Source: Bacteriovoracia bacterium
Lineage (GTDB): Bacteria; Bdellovibrionota; UBA1018; CAIPTA01
Direction: 5' to 3'
Assembly: GCA_050246755.1 (NCBI GenBank)
Contig: JBFWVL010000004.1
Location: forward strand, 64,001 to 128,000
DNA: 64,000 nt
The notes beneath the pieces were generated by a model that ran no database searches, had not been told where the DNA came from, and saw nothing but the letters and a program-made list of their open reading frames with translations. The position numbers and the translations under genes are program-made. This document shows positions 55,306 to 64,000 of this stretch, one piece after another (the stretch's first letter is position 1; each line of letters begins with the position of its first letter).

Positions 55306-56073
55306 ATGTCCGATAAACCGTCTTTGTACGTGGTGGAAAAGCGCGAGGTAGTGATTCTCGTGGTGCTTTTCGTTTTGGTGACGGTACTCGCATTCACGAT
55401 GGGCGTTCGTTACGGCGAATCCGTGGGAAAAAAGGTGGCGCAAGAACAGTCGGCGGCCGAGGCGGTTCACAACGGTTCGGAAGCGCAGGCGGTGGGTGGT
55501 ACGCTCGGAGCGGTTCCTGCTCATGGAGAACCAGCGCCTCATGGAGAAGCGGAGCACGGAGCGGCCCCGGCCAAAGACGAACATGGAAATGCTGCTCACG
55601 ATGAGCACGCGGAAGAGAGCAAGCCCGAAACCGCCGCCAAGGACGGTGGAGAATCCGACGACGTACCGCCGGCGAAGGAAGCAGCCGACAAGAATTCCGA
55701 CGAGTCTCTCCTGAATGCTTTGAAGGAAGCGGGCGTCGAGCCGCCGGGCGGGAAAACCGCCGGGAATGCGAAGCTTCCCGCGGAAGTGAAATCCAAGGCG
55801 TCCTCACAAAAAGAAGTAAAAAAGATTCCCTCTGGAACCTATGTTATCCAAGTGGGTAGTCATCCCACCCGTAGCGAGGCTGAAGCGCAGGCGCGTCAGC
55901 TTTCCGCGAAGAAGGTTAAGGCCGAGATTCTCGCGCCCGTGAAAGATCGCCAAGGCGAATGGCACCGCGTGGTGGTGGGAAGTTACAAAACGAAGCGCGA
56001 TGCGGAACGGGAAGCCAATGCTTTGAAGGCCCGTCGTGCGATTATCAGTTTTTTTGTGTGGAGGCTGCCTTGA
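55306..56073 (+). CDS. SPOR domain cell-division protein (FtsN/DedD-like)
   Basis: N-terminal TM, disordered linker, YVIQVGS...WHRVVVG; TTGACA at 55241. Confidence 0.85.
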   Translation: MSDKPSLYVVEKREVVILVVLFVLVTVLAFTMGVRYGESVGKKVAQEQSAAEAVHNGSEAQAVGGTLGAVPAHGEPAPHGEAEHGAAPAKDEHGNAAHDEHAEESKPETAAKDGGESDDVPPAKEAADKNSDESLLNALKEAGVEPPGGKTAGNAKLPAEVKSKASSQKEVKKIPSGTYVIQVGSHPTRSEAEAQARQLSAKKVKAEILAPVKDRQGEWHRVVVGSYKTKRDAEREANALKARRAIISFFVWRLP

Positions 56074-56078
56074 GCGCG

Positions 56079-56447
56079 ATGGAACAAAAAATGGTGATGA
56101 AACCCTGGGGACACGAGGTGATCTTCGCCGTTACCAAAGACTATGTGGGCAAAATTCTGGTTATTAAGGCCGGCCATCAGCTTTCGCTCCAGTTTCATAA
56201 AGTGAAAGAAGAGACTATTTATATGCGCGCGGGCGAAATGAAGTTCTTGATCGAGAACGAGCGGGGCGTGATGGAAGAGCATATCCTGACCGAGGGCAAG
56301 AGCTTTCATATTTTACCCAATCGCAAGCACCGCATGACCGCCGTTAAGGATTGCGAAGTGTTCGAGGTGAGCACCCCTCATCTCGAAGACGTGGTACGCC
56401 TCGAAGATAGCTATGGCCGTGCGCCGGATTCGGGTTCGGCATCGTGA
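56079..56447 (+). CDS. Cupin (type II phosphomannose isomerase C-terminal-like)
   Basis: KPWG, LSLQFH..KEE, DVVRLEDSYGR. Confidence 0.85.
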   Translation: MEQKMVMKPWGHEVIFAVTKDYVGKILVIKAGHQLSLQFHKVKEETIYMRAGEMKFLIENERGVMEEHILTEGKSFHILPNRKHRMTAVKDCEVFEVSTPHLEDVVRLEDSYGRAPDSGSAS

Positions 56448-57517
56448 ATCGCCCCTGGCTGCTAATTTTGGCCGGAGGCTCGGGCACCCGTTTTTGGCCC
56501 CGCAGCCGTGCCGCCAGACCTAAACAATTTCTACCTATCGCGGGTGAGGATCCGCTGCTCGTGACTACGATCCGCCGGTTCGCCGGATGGATTCCTAGCG
56601 AGCGCGTGGTAATTCTCACCACCGGCCAGCTGGAAGCCGGAACCAAGGAGCTTTTAAAAGAATTCCCCGGCGTGCGCGTGCAGGCCGAGCCGCAGGCCCG
56701 TAATACCGCGCCCACGATCGTGATGGCGATGGAATGGCTACGGGCAGAGGATCCGAGCGCCACGGCCGTTATCGTGCCGGCTGACCACTGGATCACCGAC
56801 GAGAAAGAATATATTGCGGTGATGAAGCGCGCGGTGCAGGCGGCGGAACAGACCGATCAGCTATGTACGGTAGGTATCCAGCCTACGCGCCCGGAAACGG
56901 GCTACGGCTATATCCGTTCGGGACAAACCCTCGGCAGTGAACTCTATCAGGTGGACCGTTTCGTGGAAAAACCCTCGCGTGAGGTAGCCGAAACCATGGT
57001 GCAGAGTCCGGAGTATTTTTGGAACGCGGGGATGTTCGTATGGACCGCGGGGGCTTTTTTTCGTGAGCTGGAGCAGCACGGCGCGGAGTTTGTGAAAGCA
57101 TTTGCGGCATATCGCGCGGAGCGCCAAAAGGGCGAGGCGAGCGCGGAGACTACGGCTAATTCTTTCTCCCAGGCTCCGGCGATTAGCATCGACTACGCGC
57201 TTCTCGAGAAGAGCAAAAACGTGGTGGTAGTTCCCGGCAGCAGCTTTGGTTGGAACGATCTCGGCAGCTTCGTTTCCCTTGAGGAAGTGTATCCAAAAAC
57301 CGAGGGCGGGGTGGGGCGGGCCGGGCGCGTGCTCGCGGTAGATTCCCTCGCGAATATCGTGGACGCTCCAGGGAAGACGGTGGCCCTGCTGGGGGTAACT
57401 GATATGATCCTCGTGGACGCAGGCGACGTGATTTTACTCGCCGCCAAAGAGCGAGCGCAGGACGTAAAAAAATTCGTCGAGCGATTAAAGGCCGAAGGGC
57501 AGAAGCAGCTCACCTGA
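56444..57517 (+). CDS. manC: Mannose-1-phosphate guanylyltransferase
   Basis: LAGGSGTRFWP, PKQF, RNTAP, ETGYGYI, FVEKP, SIDYA. Confidence 0.92.
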   Translation: MNRPWLLILAGGSGTRFWPRSRAARPKQFLPIAGEDPLLVTTIRRFAGWIPSERVVILTTGQLEAGTKELLKEFPGVRVQAEPQARNTAPTIVMAMEWLRAEDPSATAVIVPADHWITDEKEYIAVMKRAVQAAEQTDQLCTVGIQPTRPETGYGYIRSGQTLGSELYQVDRFVEKPSREVAETMVQSPEYFWNAGMFVWTAGAFFRELEQHGAEFVKAFAAYRAERQKGEASAETTANSFSQAPAISIDYALLEKSKNVVVVPGSSFGWNDLGSFVSLEEVYPKTEGGVGRAGRVLAVDSLANIVDAPGKTVALLGVTDMILVDAGDVILLAAKERAQDVKKFVERLKAEGQKQLT

Positions 57518-57642
57518 ATCTGTAAAAAGTTCAGGCATTTTGTCAGGCGCTGTAAGCCGCTGTCGTTATCTGTTTCAATTATTCCATAGTTCCCTCCGGT
57601 ACCAGGTGCTCTACTTTTCGGAACACCATTCGAGGAGAGTGA

Positions 57643-59724
57643 ATGCAATTATTAATCGCCCTACTGTCATTCGTTATTGTTTCTACCGCTGCTGAGGCCG
57701 GAGAAGTTCTTCGCCTGAAATCTTTGGGTAACGTAGCTACCCACCGCCTAGCCACTTTGGCTATTGTAGACCAAGACCCAGGTCTTTATCTCGTGCAGTG
57801 GAAAAGCAGCGTAACGGAGGCCGAAAAGAAATCGGTGCAAGATTCCGGGCTAAAAATCCTCTCCTATATTCCCGACGACGCCTTCTTAGTTCAGGGTGAT
57901 ACGAACGCGGCTCAAGCCACCGCCAAGCTTTCTTTTGTGCGGGCCGTAGTTCCTTACGAGCGCGCCATGAAACTGGAGCCCGAACTGAACCGTAACGGTT
58001 TATTCAGCCTCAGCGACAACGTGAAAGTTTCCGTACAGCTCGCTCCCGGCGCCGACCGCGCCGCGGTTCAAGGCTTCTTCCGCAAATTGGTAGACGTGGG
58101 CAATAACGTGCTCGTGGGCGAAAGCTCGGTGAGCCAGCTATGGAATCTCGCGGGCCGTTCCGATGTGCTCTGGATTGAGCGTTACCTCGAAGTTCGTTCG
58201 ATGGATATGTCGGGTGAAATCGTGAGCGCGGGCGACGTGAAGCCCACCGCTACCCGTACCGGCTACGAGAGCGGAACGAAAGTTCTCAACGCCGAAGCTG
58301 CCTACGCGGCGGGCTTTAACGGCGCCGGCCAGATCGTGGCCTTCGCGGATACCGGCCTCGATACCGGAGATATGAATACCGTGCTCGCGGATTTCCGCGG
58401 ACAAATCAAAAGCGGCTACGCCGTGGGCCTCGGTGGCAGCTCGTGGGGCGATCCCATGAACCACGGAACCCACGTAGCGGGCTCGATTGCTGGTAACGGC
58501 GCGAACTCGGGTGGCCTTATTCGCGGCACTGCCTTTGGCGCACAGCTTGTAGTGGAAGGCATGTGGAGCGATATTTTCAATAATATCCTTCCTCCCGCCG
58601 TGAACAAATTGTTCGACATGGCCTATAAAGAGGGTGCTCGCATTCACTCCAACTCTTGGGGAGCCCCGAACTCGAACGGCCGTTACGACAATATGGCCGT
58701 GCAAGCCGATACCTGGTTGTTCCAGAATCCAGATTTCCTCGCGGTATTCGCTGCGGGTAACGACGGTGCCGACATGAACAAAGATGGCGTGGCCGACGAA
58801 GGTTCCGTTTCTTCCCCGGGCTCGGCGAAGAACGTGCTCACCGTGGGTGCCTCTAAGAACTTGCTCCTCGAGGGCGGTTTGCAGAGAAAAATCAGCGAAA
58901 CGAAGCTCGTGGATAAATTCTCCGTGGAGCCCCTTGCTAGCTCGGTTCTCTCGGATGATCCTCGCGGGATGGCCGTATTCTCCAGCCGCGGCCCCACGGC
59001 CGACGGACGCCTGAAGCCCGAAGTAGTGGCTCCCGGCACGAATATCGTTTCGGCTCGCTCCAAGCACGCCAAAGCGAAGCCCGAAGATTCTTGGGGTATC
59101 TACGACGATAATTACCTTTTCATGGGCGGAACTTCGATGGCCACCCCTCTGACCAGTGGTGCGATGGCGATCGTGCGTCAGTATCTCGTAGCTAAGCTTG
59201 GCAATAGTGTTTCGGCCGCCATGATGAAAGCCACCGTGGCAAATACCGCGGAAGACCTCTTCCCCGGGCAGTTCGGCGCCCGCGCCAGCGGCCAAGAGCA
59301 GCCCACCATGCGTCCGAACAACCACGAAGGTTGGGGCCGCGTGAACTTGAACACCCTCGTGAGTGATCGCTCCCTCGCGCTTTACGATGAGCGCACGGGC
59401 TTGGCCACTGGCCAAGAAAAATCTGTTGCCATTGATGTTCGCTCGGGCCAGGCACTTCGCGTGACCATGAGCTATACCGACGCCCCCGGCGCCGCGGCCG
59501 CCACGAGAACTCTCGTGAACGACCTCGACGTGCGCGTGGTGGATTCTGCCGGACGCACCTATTACCCGAACGGAAAGAACGCGAAAGACACCATCAACAA
59601 TACCGAGGAAATCGACTTGTTGAACGCCGCTCCCGGCACCTACCAAGTGATCGTTTCGGGCAGTAACGTGCCCCAAGGGAAGAACGGCGCTCAGCCCTAT
59701 GCCCTCGTGGTTTCGGTTCGATAG
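57643..59724 (+). CDS. S8 serine protease (Kp43-like) with C-terminal beta-domain
   Basis: DTGLD, HGTHVAG, HSNSWG, AAGN, GTSMATP, LVNDLD. Confidence 0.93.
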   Translation: MQLLIALLSFVIVSTAAEAGEVLRLKSLGNVATHRLATLAIVDQDPGLYLVQWKSSVTEAEKKSVQDSGLKILSYIPDDAFLVQGDTNAAQATAKLSFVRAVVPYERAMKLEPELNRNGLFSLSDNVKVSVQLAPGADRAAVQGFFRKLVDVGNNVLVGESSVSQLWNLAGRSDVLWIERYLEVRSMDMSGEIVSAGDVKPTATRTGYESGTKVLNAEAAYAAGFNGAGQIVAFADTGLDTGDMNTVLADFRGQIKSGYAVGLGGSSWGDPMNHGTHVAGSIAGNGANSGGLIRGTAFGAQLVVEGMWSDIFNNILPPAVNKLFDMAYKEGARIHSNSWGAPNSNGRYDNMAVQADTWLFQNPDFLAVFAAGNDGADMNKDGVADEGSVSSPGSAKNVLTVGASKNLLLEGGLQRKISETKLVDKFSVEPLASSVLSDDPRGMAVFSSRGPTADGRLKPEVVAPGTNIVSARSKHAKAKPEDSWGIYDDNYLFMGGTSMATPLTSGAMAIVRQYLVAKLGNSVSAAMMKATVANTAEDLFPGQFGARASGQEQPTMRPNNHEGWGRVNLNTLVSDRSLALYDERTGLATGQEKSVAIDVRSGQALRVTMSYTDAPGAAAATRTLVNDLDVRVVDSAGRTYYPNGKNAKDTINNTEEIDLLNAAPGTYQVIVSGSNVPQGKNGAQPYALVVSVR

Positions 59725-59745
59725 GTCTCAATTAGCTTGAGGTAG

Positions 59746-59784
59746 GGGAAGGGCTCTGGTGCAAACCGGGGCCTTTTCTTTTTT
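59746..59784 (+). terminator. Intrinsic terminator
   Basis: GGAAGGGCTCTGGT-GCAA-ACCGGGGCCTTTTC followed by a T-tract. Confidence 0.6.
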
Positions 59785-59859
59785 AAGGCTCCTCCTCGTA
59801 TTGATCCAAGTCTCGAAACCCGGGGATAGGGGTGTGGCGAATTGAGTACCTATCCAGAT

Positions 59860-59888
59860 TTGACGTCTATGCCAAAGCTTGTTATTTT
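59860..59888 (+). promoter_or_regulatory. sigma-70 promoter of infC
   Basis: TTGACG-N17-TATTTT. Confidence 0.6.
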
Positions 59889-59946
59889 CCACTTGAGGGC
59901 GGTATCCCGGAGGGAGCGCTCGTAACTTAACACTAGGAGTCTTAGT

Positions 59947-60747
59947 CTGAAAAATTCGTTCGGTGGTCCCCCACGTCCCCCATTTCCCCCCAGAACCGGC
60001 CCTGGTGATCGAGAGAGCCGAGAACCCCGCTTCAATGCCGATGAAAATAGAGTGAACGAGAGAATTCGCGTACCGGAGGTTCTGGTAATCGATGATCTTG
60101 GCGTGCAGCTCGGCGTGATGAATACGCGGGAGGCGCTGGCTTTGGCCCGCGAAAAAGGGCTCGACCTCGTGGAAGTGGCCGCTACGGCTCGCCCGCCGGT
60201 ATGTAAAATTCTCGATTACGGGAAGCTTAAGTATACCAAGAAGAAGAAGACCCAAGAGGCGAAGAAGAAGCAGACCGTGGTTTCCATCAAGGAAATTCAG
60301 CTCCGTCCTCGCACTGAAGATCATGATTTGGAGACGAAGTTCCGCCATTTGGCCGAATTCCTTGTTCGGGGCGATAAAGTGAAGATTACCGTTATGTTTC
60401 GTGGCCGGGAAGTGGCGTATGCCCACCAGGGCCAGCAAATGCTTTTGCGGATCATTGAGTCCGTGAAAGATATCGCCGCGCCCGAGCAATACCCAAAACT
60501 CGAAGGCCGCCGAATGATCATGGTTCTCGGCCCAACCGGGAAGCCTTCCGATGATGTGGATAAGCTTCCGGCGTTGGTGCCGCTAAGTGCCCTAAAGCCC
60601 AAGGCTTTTGAGGGCCGCATCGATAAGCCCGAAGGGGCTCCTGGCTCTTTGCCTGTCCCTAATGCCACGCCCGCTGCGGTGAGCAGTTTGCCGATTCCGG
60701 GTTCTGCGCCTGGGTCTGGTTCCGGCACGGGTGGCTCGTCTACCTAA
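59947..60747 (+). CDS. infC: Translation initiation factor IF-3 (probable CTG start)
   Basis: NERIR, GLDLVEV, PPVCKILDYGK, FRGRE; in-frame CTG at 59947, 7 nt after AGGAG. Confidence 0.93.
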   Translation: MKNSFGGPPRPPFPPRTGPGDRESREPRFNADENRVNERIRVPEVLVIDDLGVQLGVMNTREALALAREKGLDLVEVAATARPPVCKILDYGKLKYTKKKKTQEAKKKQTVVSIKEIQLRPRTEDHDLETKFRHLAEFLVRGDKVKITVMFRGREVAYAHQGQQMLLRIIESVKDIAAPEQYPKLEGRRMIMVLGPTGKPSDDVDKLPALVPLSALKPKAFEGRIDKPEGAPGSLPVPNATPAAVSSLPIPGSAPGSGSGTGGSST

Positions 60748-60881
60748 GTTTAGCCGTGGCTTGTCATTTTTCATGGGGCTCCCAGGATAGGGAGCCCTAA
60801 CTTTTCGTGGCTATCGAAGTTGTTAGAATTGCAAAACTTATTCGGGCGAAGTATAAACGGGAGCTTCCAACAGGAGTTATC

Positions 60882-61088
60882 ATGCCCAAGCAAAAGACGA
60901 AGTCGGCCGCCAAGAAACGCTTTAAGATCACTGGCACTGGCAAAATTAAATTTCAGCACGCTGGCCGCCGCCATAATCTCGGTGGAAAGAGCCGTAAGGG
61001 AAAGCGTCAGTCGAAAAATATGGCCGTAATCCATAAGACCGACCACGAGCGCGTAATGCGTGGCCTGCCCAACGGCGGCGGCATTTAG
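60882..61088 (+). CDS. rpmI: 50S ribosomal protein L35
   Basis: MPKQKTKSAAKKRFKITGTGK; AGGAG SD. Confidence 0.96.
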   Translation: MPKQKTKSAAKKRFKITGTGKIKFQHAGRRHNLGGKSRKGKRQSKNMAVIHKTDHERVMRGLPNGGGI

Positions 61089-61133
61089 TTTTTATTTAGT
61101 TAACAGAAGTTATTTAATTAGGTAGGAGAGAGT

Positions 61134-61493
61134 ATGCCAAGAGCAAAACGCGGAACGAAGGCACGTGCCCGCAAGAAAAAAGTTTTTAAAGAAACCGAAG
61201 GTTTCTTTATCGGTCGTAACAATAAATACAAGCGCGCCGTGGAGACTCTCCACCGTGGCTGGGTTTATGCATTCCGCGACCGTAAGGCCAACAAGCGCAA
61301 TTTCCGCGGCTTGTGGATCACCCGCATCAGCGCCGCCGCTGAATTGAACGGCACTTCGTATAGCCGCTTGATTCACGCCCTCGGCCTCTCGAATATCAAG
61401 CTGGACCGCAAGGTTCTCTCCGATATCGCGATTGCTGATCCCGTGGCTTTCACCGCGGTAGTAAAAACCGCCTCGGCCGCGCTCAAGCAATAA
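61134..61493 (+). CDS. rplT: 50S ribosomal protein L20
   Basis: MPRAKRG, YAFRDRK..KRNFRGLWITRI, LDRKVLS. Confidence 0.97.
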   Translation: MPRAKRGTKARARKKKVFKETEGFFIGRNNKYKRAVETLHRGWVYAFRDRKANKRNFRGLWITRISAAAELNGTSYSRLIHALGLSNIKLDRKVLSDIAIADPVAFTAVVKTASAALKQ

Positions 61494-61526
61494 GCATTTG
61501 CGCAGCTAAAAATCGTTGTTAGAATT

Positions 61527-61552
61527 GGGGCTCATCTGAGCCCCTTTTTTTT
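61527..61552 (+). terminator. Intrinsic terminator
   Basis: GGGGCTCA-TC-TGAGCCCC followed by T8. Confidence 0.8.
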
Positions 61553-61565
61553 GAGCTAGTAGACC

Positions 61566-62594
61566 ATGAGCATTCTCGATAAACTCGCCGCCCTCCGTAC
61601 CCAATTCGAAGAGGGCCTGCCCGCCATTTCTTCGCCCGAGGATCTTTTTCAGTTTAAAGCTAAGTTTCTCGGCAAAAGCGGCGCGCTCAGCGAAGTGCTC
61701 AAGGGCCTTCGCGATGCCTCTCCTGCCGACCGACCCAAGGTGGGAGGGATGGCCAACGAGCTCCGGGATGCTTTCGAGGCCGGTATTCAGGCGCGGCTGA
61801 GTATCTTGGAAAACGCCGAGATTGAGAAGAAGCTTCAATCCGAACGCATCGACGTTACGCTGCCCGGCCGCCTCAAGCATATGGGTGCGGTTCACCCTCT
61901 AGTGCAGACCCAGGATCGCATCATCGATATTTTCAGCCGCCTCGGCTTTGCGCTCGTGTCCGGCCCTGAAGTGGAAACCGAATTCTGCAACTTCGAAGCG
62001 CTCAACGTGCCGGCGGATCATCCCGCGCGCGACATGCAGGACACGCTCTACGTGAAGAGCGGCCATCTCCTGCGCACCCAAACTTCCGCCATGCAGATTC
62101 GCGCCATGCTTGCGCAGAAGCCGCCGCTCCGTCTCGTGATGGCCGGCGCGGTATTCCGCTCCGAAAACGTGGATGCCTCGCATACGGCGATGTTTCACCA
62201 GCTGGAATGCCTCTGCGTGGATAAAAATATCACCATGGAAGATCTCAAGGGCGTCCTGGAGTTCTTTGCCCGGGAGATGTTCGGCGCCAAAACCAAGATT
62301 CGCATGCGTAGCTCCTTTTTCCCCTTCACTGAACCGAGCGTGGAAGTGGATTGCTCCTGCGTCTTTTGTGCGGGCAAGGGGTGCAAAGTTTGCAAGCAAT
62401 CGGGCTGGATCGAGATCCTGGGCGCCGGCATGGTGAATCCCGCCGTATTCGAAAAAGTGGGTTATGCGGCCGGGGAATATTCCGGCTTCGCCCTTGGCAT
62501 GGGGATCGAGCGCGTGGCGATGCTCTTGAACGACATTAACGATATCCGCCATTTCTACGATAACGACCTTCGCTTCCTCGAGCAGTTCCGATGA
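61566..62594 (+). CDS. pheS: Phenylalanine--tRNA ligase alpha subunit
   Basis: HPARDMQDT, LLRTQTS, FPFTEPS, GMGIER. Confidence 0.97.
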   Translation: MSILDKLAALRTQFEEGLPAISSPEDLFQFKAKFLGKSGALSEVLKGLRDASPADRPKVGGMANELRDAFEAGIQARLSILENAEIEKKLQSERIDVTLPGRLKHMGAVHPLVQTQDRIIDIFSRLGFALVSGPEVETEFCNFEALNVPADHPARDMQDTLYVKSGHLLRTQTSAMQIRAMLAQKPPLRLVMAGAVFRSENVDASHTAMFHQLECLCVDKNITMEDLKGVLEFFAREMFGAKTKIRMRSSFFPFTEPSVEVDCSCVFCAGKGCKVCKQSGWIEILGAGMVNPAVFEKVGYAAGEYSGFALGMGIERVAMLLNDINDIRHFYDNDLRFLEQFR

Positions 62595-64000
62595 AAATTT
62601 CCTACCAATGGCTGAAAGAGTACGTTTCCCTTCCTCCCGAGGCAACGCCTCAGGAGATCGCGCACCGCCTTACTTTTGCCGGCCTCGAAGTGGAAGCCCT
62701 TGAATCACTCGCCAAAGGCCTGGAGAAAGTGGTGGTGGGGCAGATCCTTGAGCGTAAGCAGCACCCGAATGCCGATCGTCTTTCCCTTACCGTGATCGAC
62801 GTGGGCGGCCCCGCTAAGCTCGAGATCGTGTGCGGCGCGCAGAATATCGCAGCCGGGCAGAAAATTCCGGTGGCCATGATCGGCGCGCATTTGCCGAACG
62901 GCATGGATATCAAAGCGGCGAAGATCCGCAACGTGGCTTCGAGCGGAATGCTGTGCAGCCTCGATGAGCTGATGCTGCCCAAAGAGTGGCAAAGCGAAGA
63001 CGGAATCTACCAGTTGGATTCCGCTGCGAAGGTCGGCATGCCCTTCGCCGACTATCTTGGCCGCGACGACTGGATTTTTGAAGTGAACGTGACTGCCAAC
63101 CGCGGCGATGCACTCTCACATATGGGAATTGCCCGCGAGGTGGCCGCGCTCTTTGGGCAAACCACGAAGTACCCCGAGGGAAAAGTGCAGGAAACGGCGG
63201 GCGAAAGAATTTCCGCCACGATTACGAACACGGCCGGGAAAGAGGCCTGTCCGCGTTATTTTGGTCGCGTGATCGAGGGCGTAAAGATCGGTCCTTCTCC
63301 CGACTGGCTCCGCAAGCGCCTCGAAGCGATCGGCGCTCGTTCGATCAATAACGTGGTGGACGTGACGGCCTTTGTGATGTTCGAGATGGGGCAGCCGCTC
63401 CACGCCTTCGACGCCGATAAGTTGCGCGCAGGGAAAGATTCCATCGCCATCACGGTGCGCGATGCCGCCGAAGGGGAGAAATTCAAAACCCTCGCCGATA
63501 AAGAAGTTTCGCTTAAGGCGGGGGATATCGTGATTGCGGCCGGGGCGGATGCCCACGCCGTGGCGCTTGCCGGGGTGATTGGCGGCAAGAATTCCGAAGT
63601 GGACGACAGTACCACCAATATTTTTCTCGAAGCCGCTGAGTTTCATCCGGTGCGTGTGCGTAAAACGGGGCGTCGCCTCGCTACGCTAACCGATGCCGGC
63701 TACCGCTTCGAGCGCGGCGTGGACACGGGCCGGATCGCTTGGGCCGCTGATCGCGCCTCGGAACTGATCGCAAAGGTAGCGGGCGGGCAAGTGCGCAAGC
63801 TGGTGAGCGCCGCGGGCTCCTCCGACGAAGAGCCGCGCCAGCAAATTCGCTTGCGTCTTTCCGATCTGCAAAAAACCTTGGGAAAATCTCCCGAGCTTCA
63901 GACCGTGATTCAAATTTTGCGTGGCTTAGGCATTCCTGCCGAGTCCGCCGCGGGCGAGCAGGGCGTGGTGAGCGTGCAGATCCCGCGCTGGCGTAAAGAC
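62591..64000 (+). CDS. pheT: Phenylalanine--tRNA ligase beta subunit (runs off the right edge)
   Basis: ATG 62591 MKISYQWLKEY...GLEVE...HPNADRL...IVCGAQN...NRGDALSH; follows pheS. Confidence 0.95.
   Translation, partial: MKISYQWLKEYVSLPPEATPQEIAHRLTFAGLEVEALESLAKGLEKVVVGQILERKQHPNADRLSLTVIDVGGPAKLEIVCGAQNIAAGQKIPVAMIGAHLPNGMDIKAAKIRNVASSGMLCSLDELMLPKEWQSEDGIYQLDSAAKVGMPFADYLGRDDWIFEVNVTANRGDALSHMGIAREVAALFGQTTKYPEGKVQETAGERISATITNTAGKEACPRYFGRVIEGVKIGPSPDWLRKRLEAIGARSINNVVDVTAFVMFEMGQPLHAFDADKLRAGKDSIAITVRDAAEGEKFKTLADKEVSLKAGDIVIAAGADAHAVALAGVIGGKNSEVDDSTTNIFLEAAEFHPVRVRKTGRRLATLTDAGYRFERGVDTGRIAWAADRASELIAKVAGGQVRKLVSAAGSSDEEPRQQIRLRLSDLQKTLGKSPELQTVIQILRGLGIPAESAAGEQGVVSVQIPRWRKD

Noticed and set aside
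58138-59676. 512-aa antisense ORF
   Set aside because: Shadow of the S8 protease caused by codon bias; no motifs.
59728-60489. 253-aa antisense ORF over infC (also those over pheS/pheT, kdpB and the NtrC-family gene)
   Set aside because: Shadow ORFs of well-supported genes.
1-64000. CRISPR arrays, IS/transposases, integrases, phage genes, rRNA
   Set aside because: No spaced repeats or diagnostic motifs were seen.

Overview
Core-plus-accessory chromosomal segment. A Bdellovibrionota/Oligoflexia-like bacterium is inferred from the TIGR03545/03546 pair, the ccoNO fusion, 'GFDS' secreted proteins and Flp pilins; this is not proven. The left end (1-6 kb) holds housekeeping and hypothetical genes and a truncated-hemoglobin remnant. 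From about 6.1 to 45.8 kb lies a stress/low-oxygen block: ClC + LysR + DUF5985 module, Zn-ADH, hemG, USP, a cbb3 oxidase operon (ccoI-S-NO-Q-P-G + DsbD_2), three CBS proteins, a beta-CASP RNase, an aeRF1-like protein, a NifL-type PAS kinase with a divergent NtrC-family activator, a 2-TM channel with an altered filter, secreted enzymes (M4/M36 peptidase, cytochrome c-TPR, GP42-like transglutaminase) and kdpFABCDE, ending at tRNA-Cys. The right part is core: queE, tRNA-Met(CAT) with an RtT-like repeat, trxA, rpmE2, bcp, tilS, an Flp/Tad pilin cluster, manC, two subtilases and infC-rpmI-rplT-pheS-pheT. The main signal: many transcription units of the accessory block have a sigma-54 -24/-12 box (11 canonical and 4 near-canonical between 3.4 and 37.2 kb), and several share a TGAGAC-N5-GTCTCA palindrome. 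This suggests a FixK/DosR-like hypoxia-dormancy regulon wired to sigma-54. All calls come from motif recognition by eye; no database searches were run.
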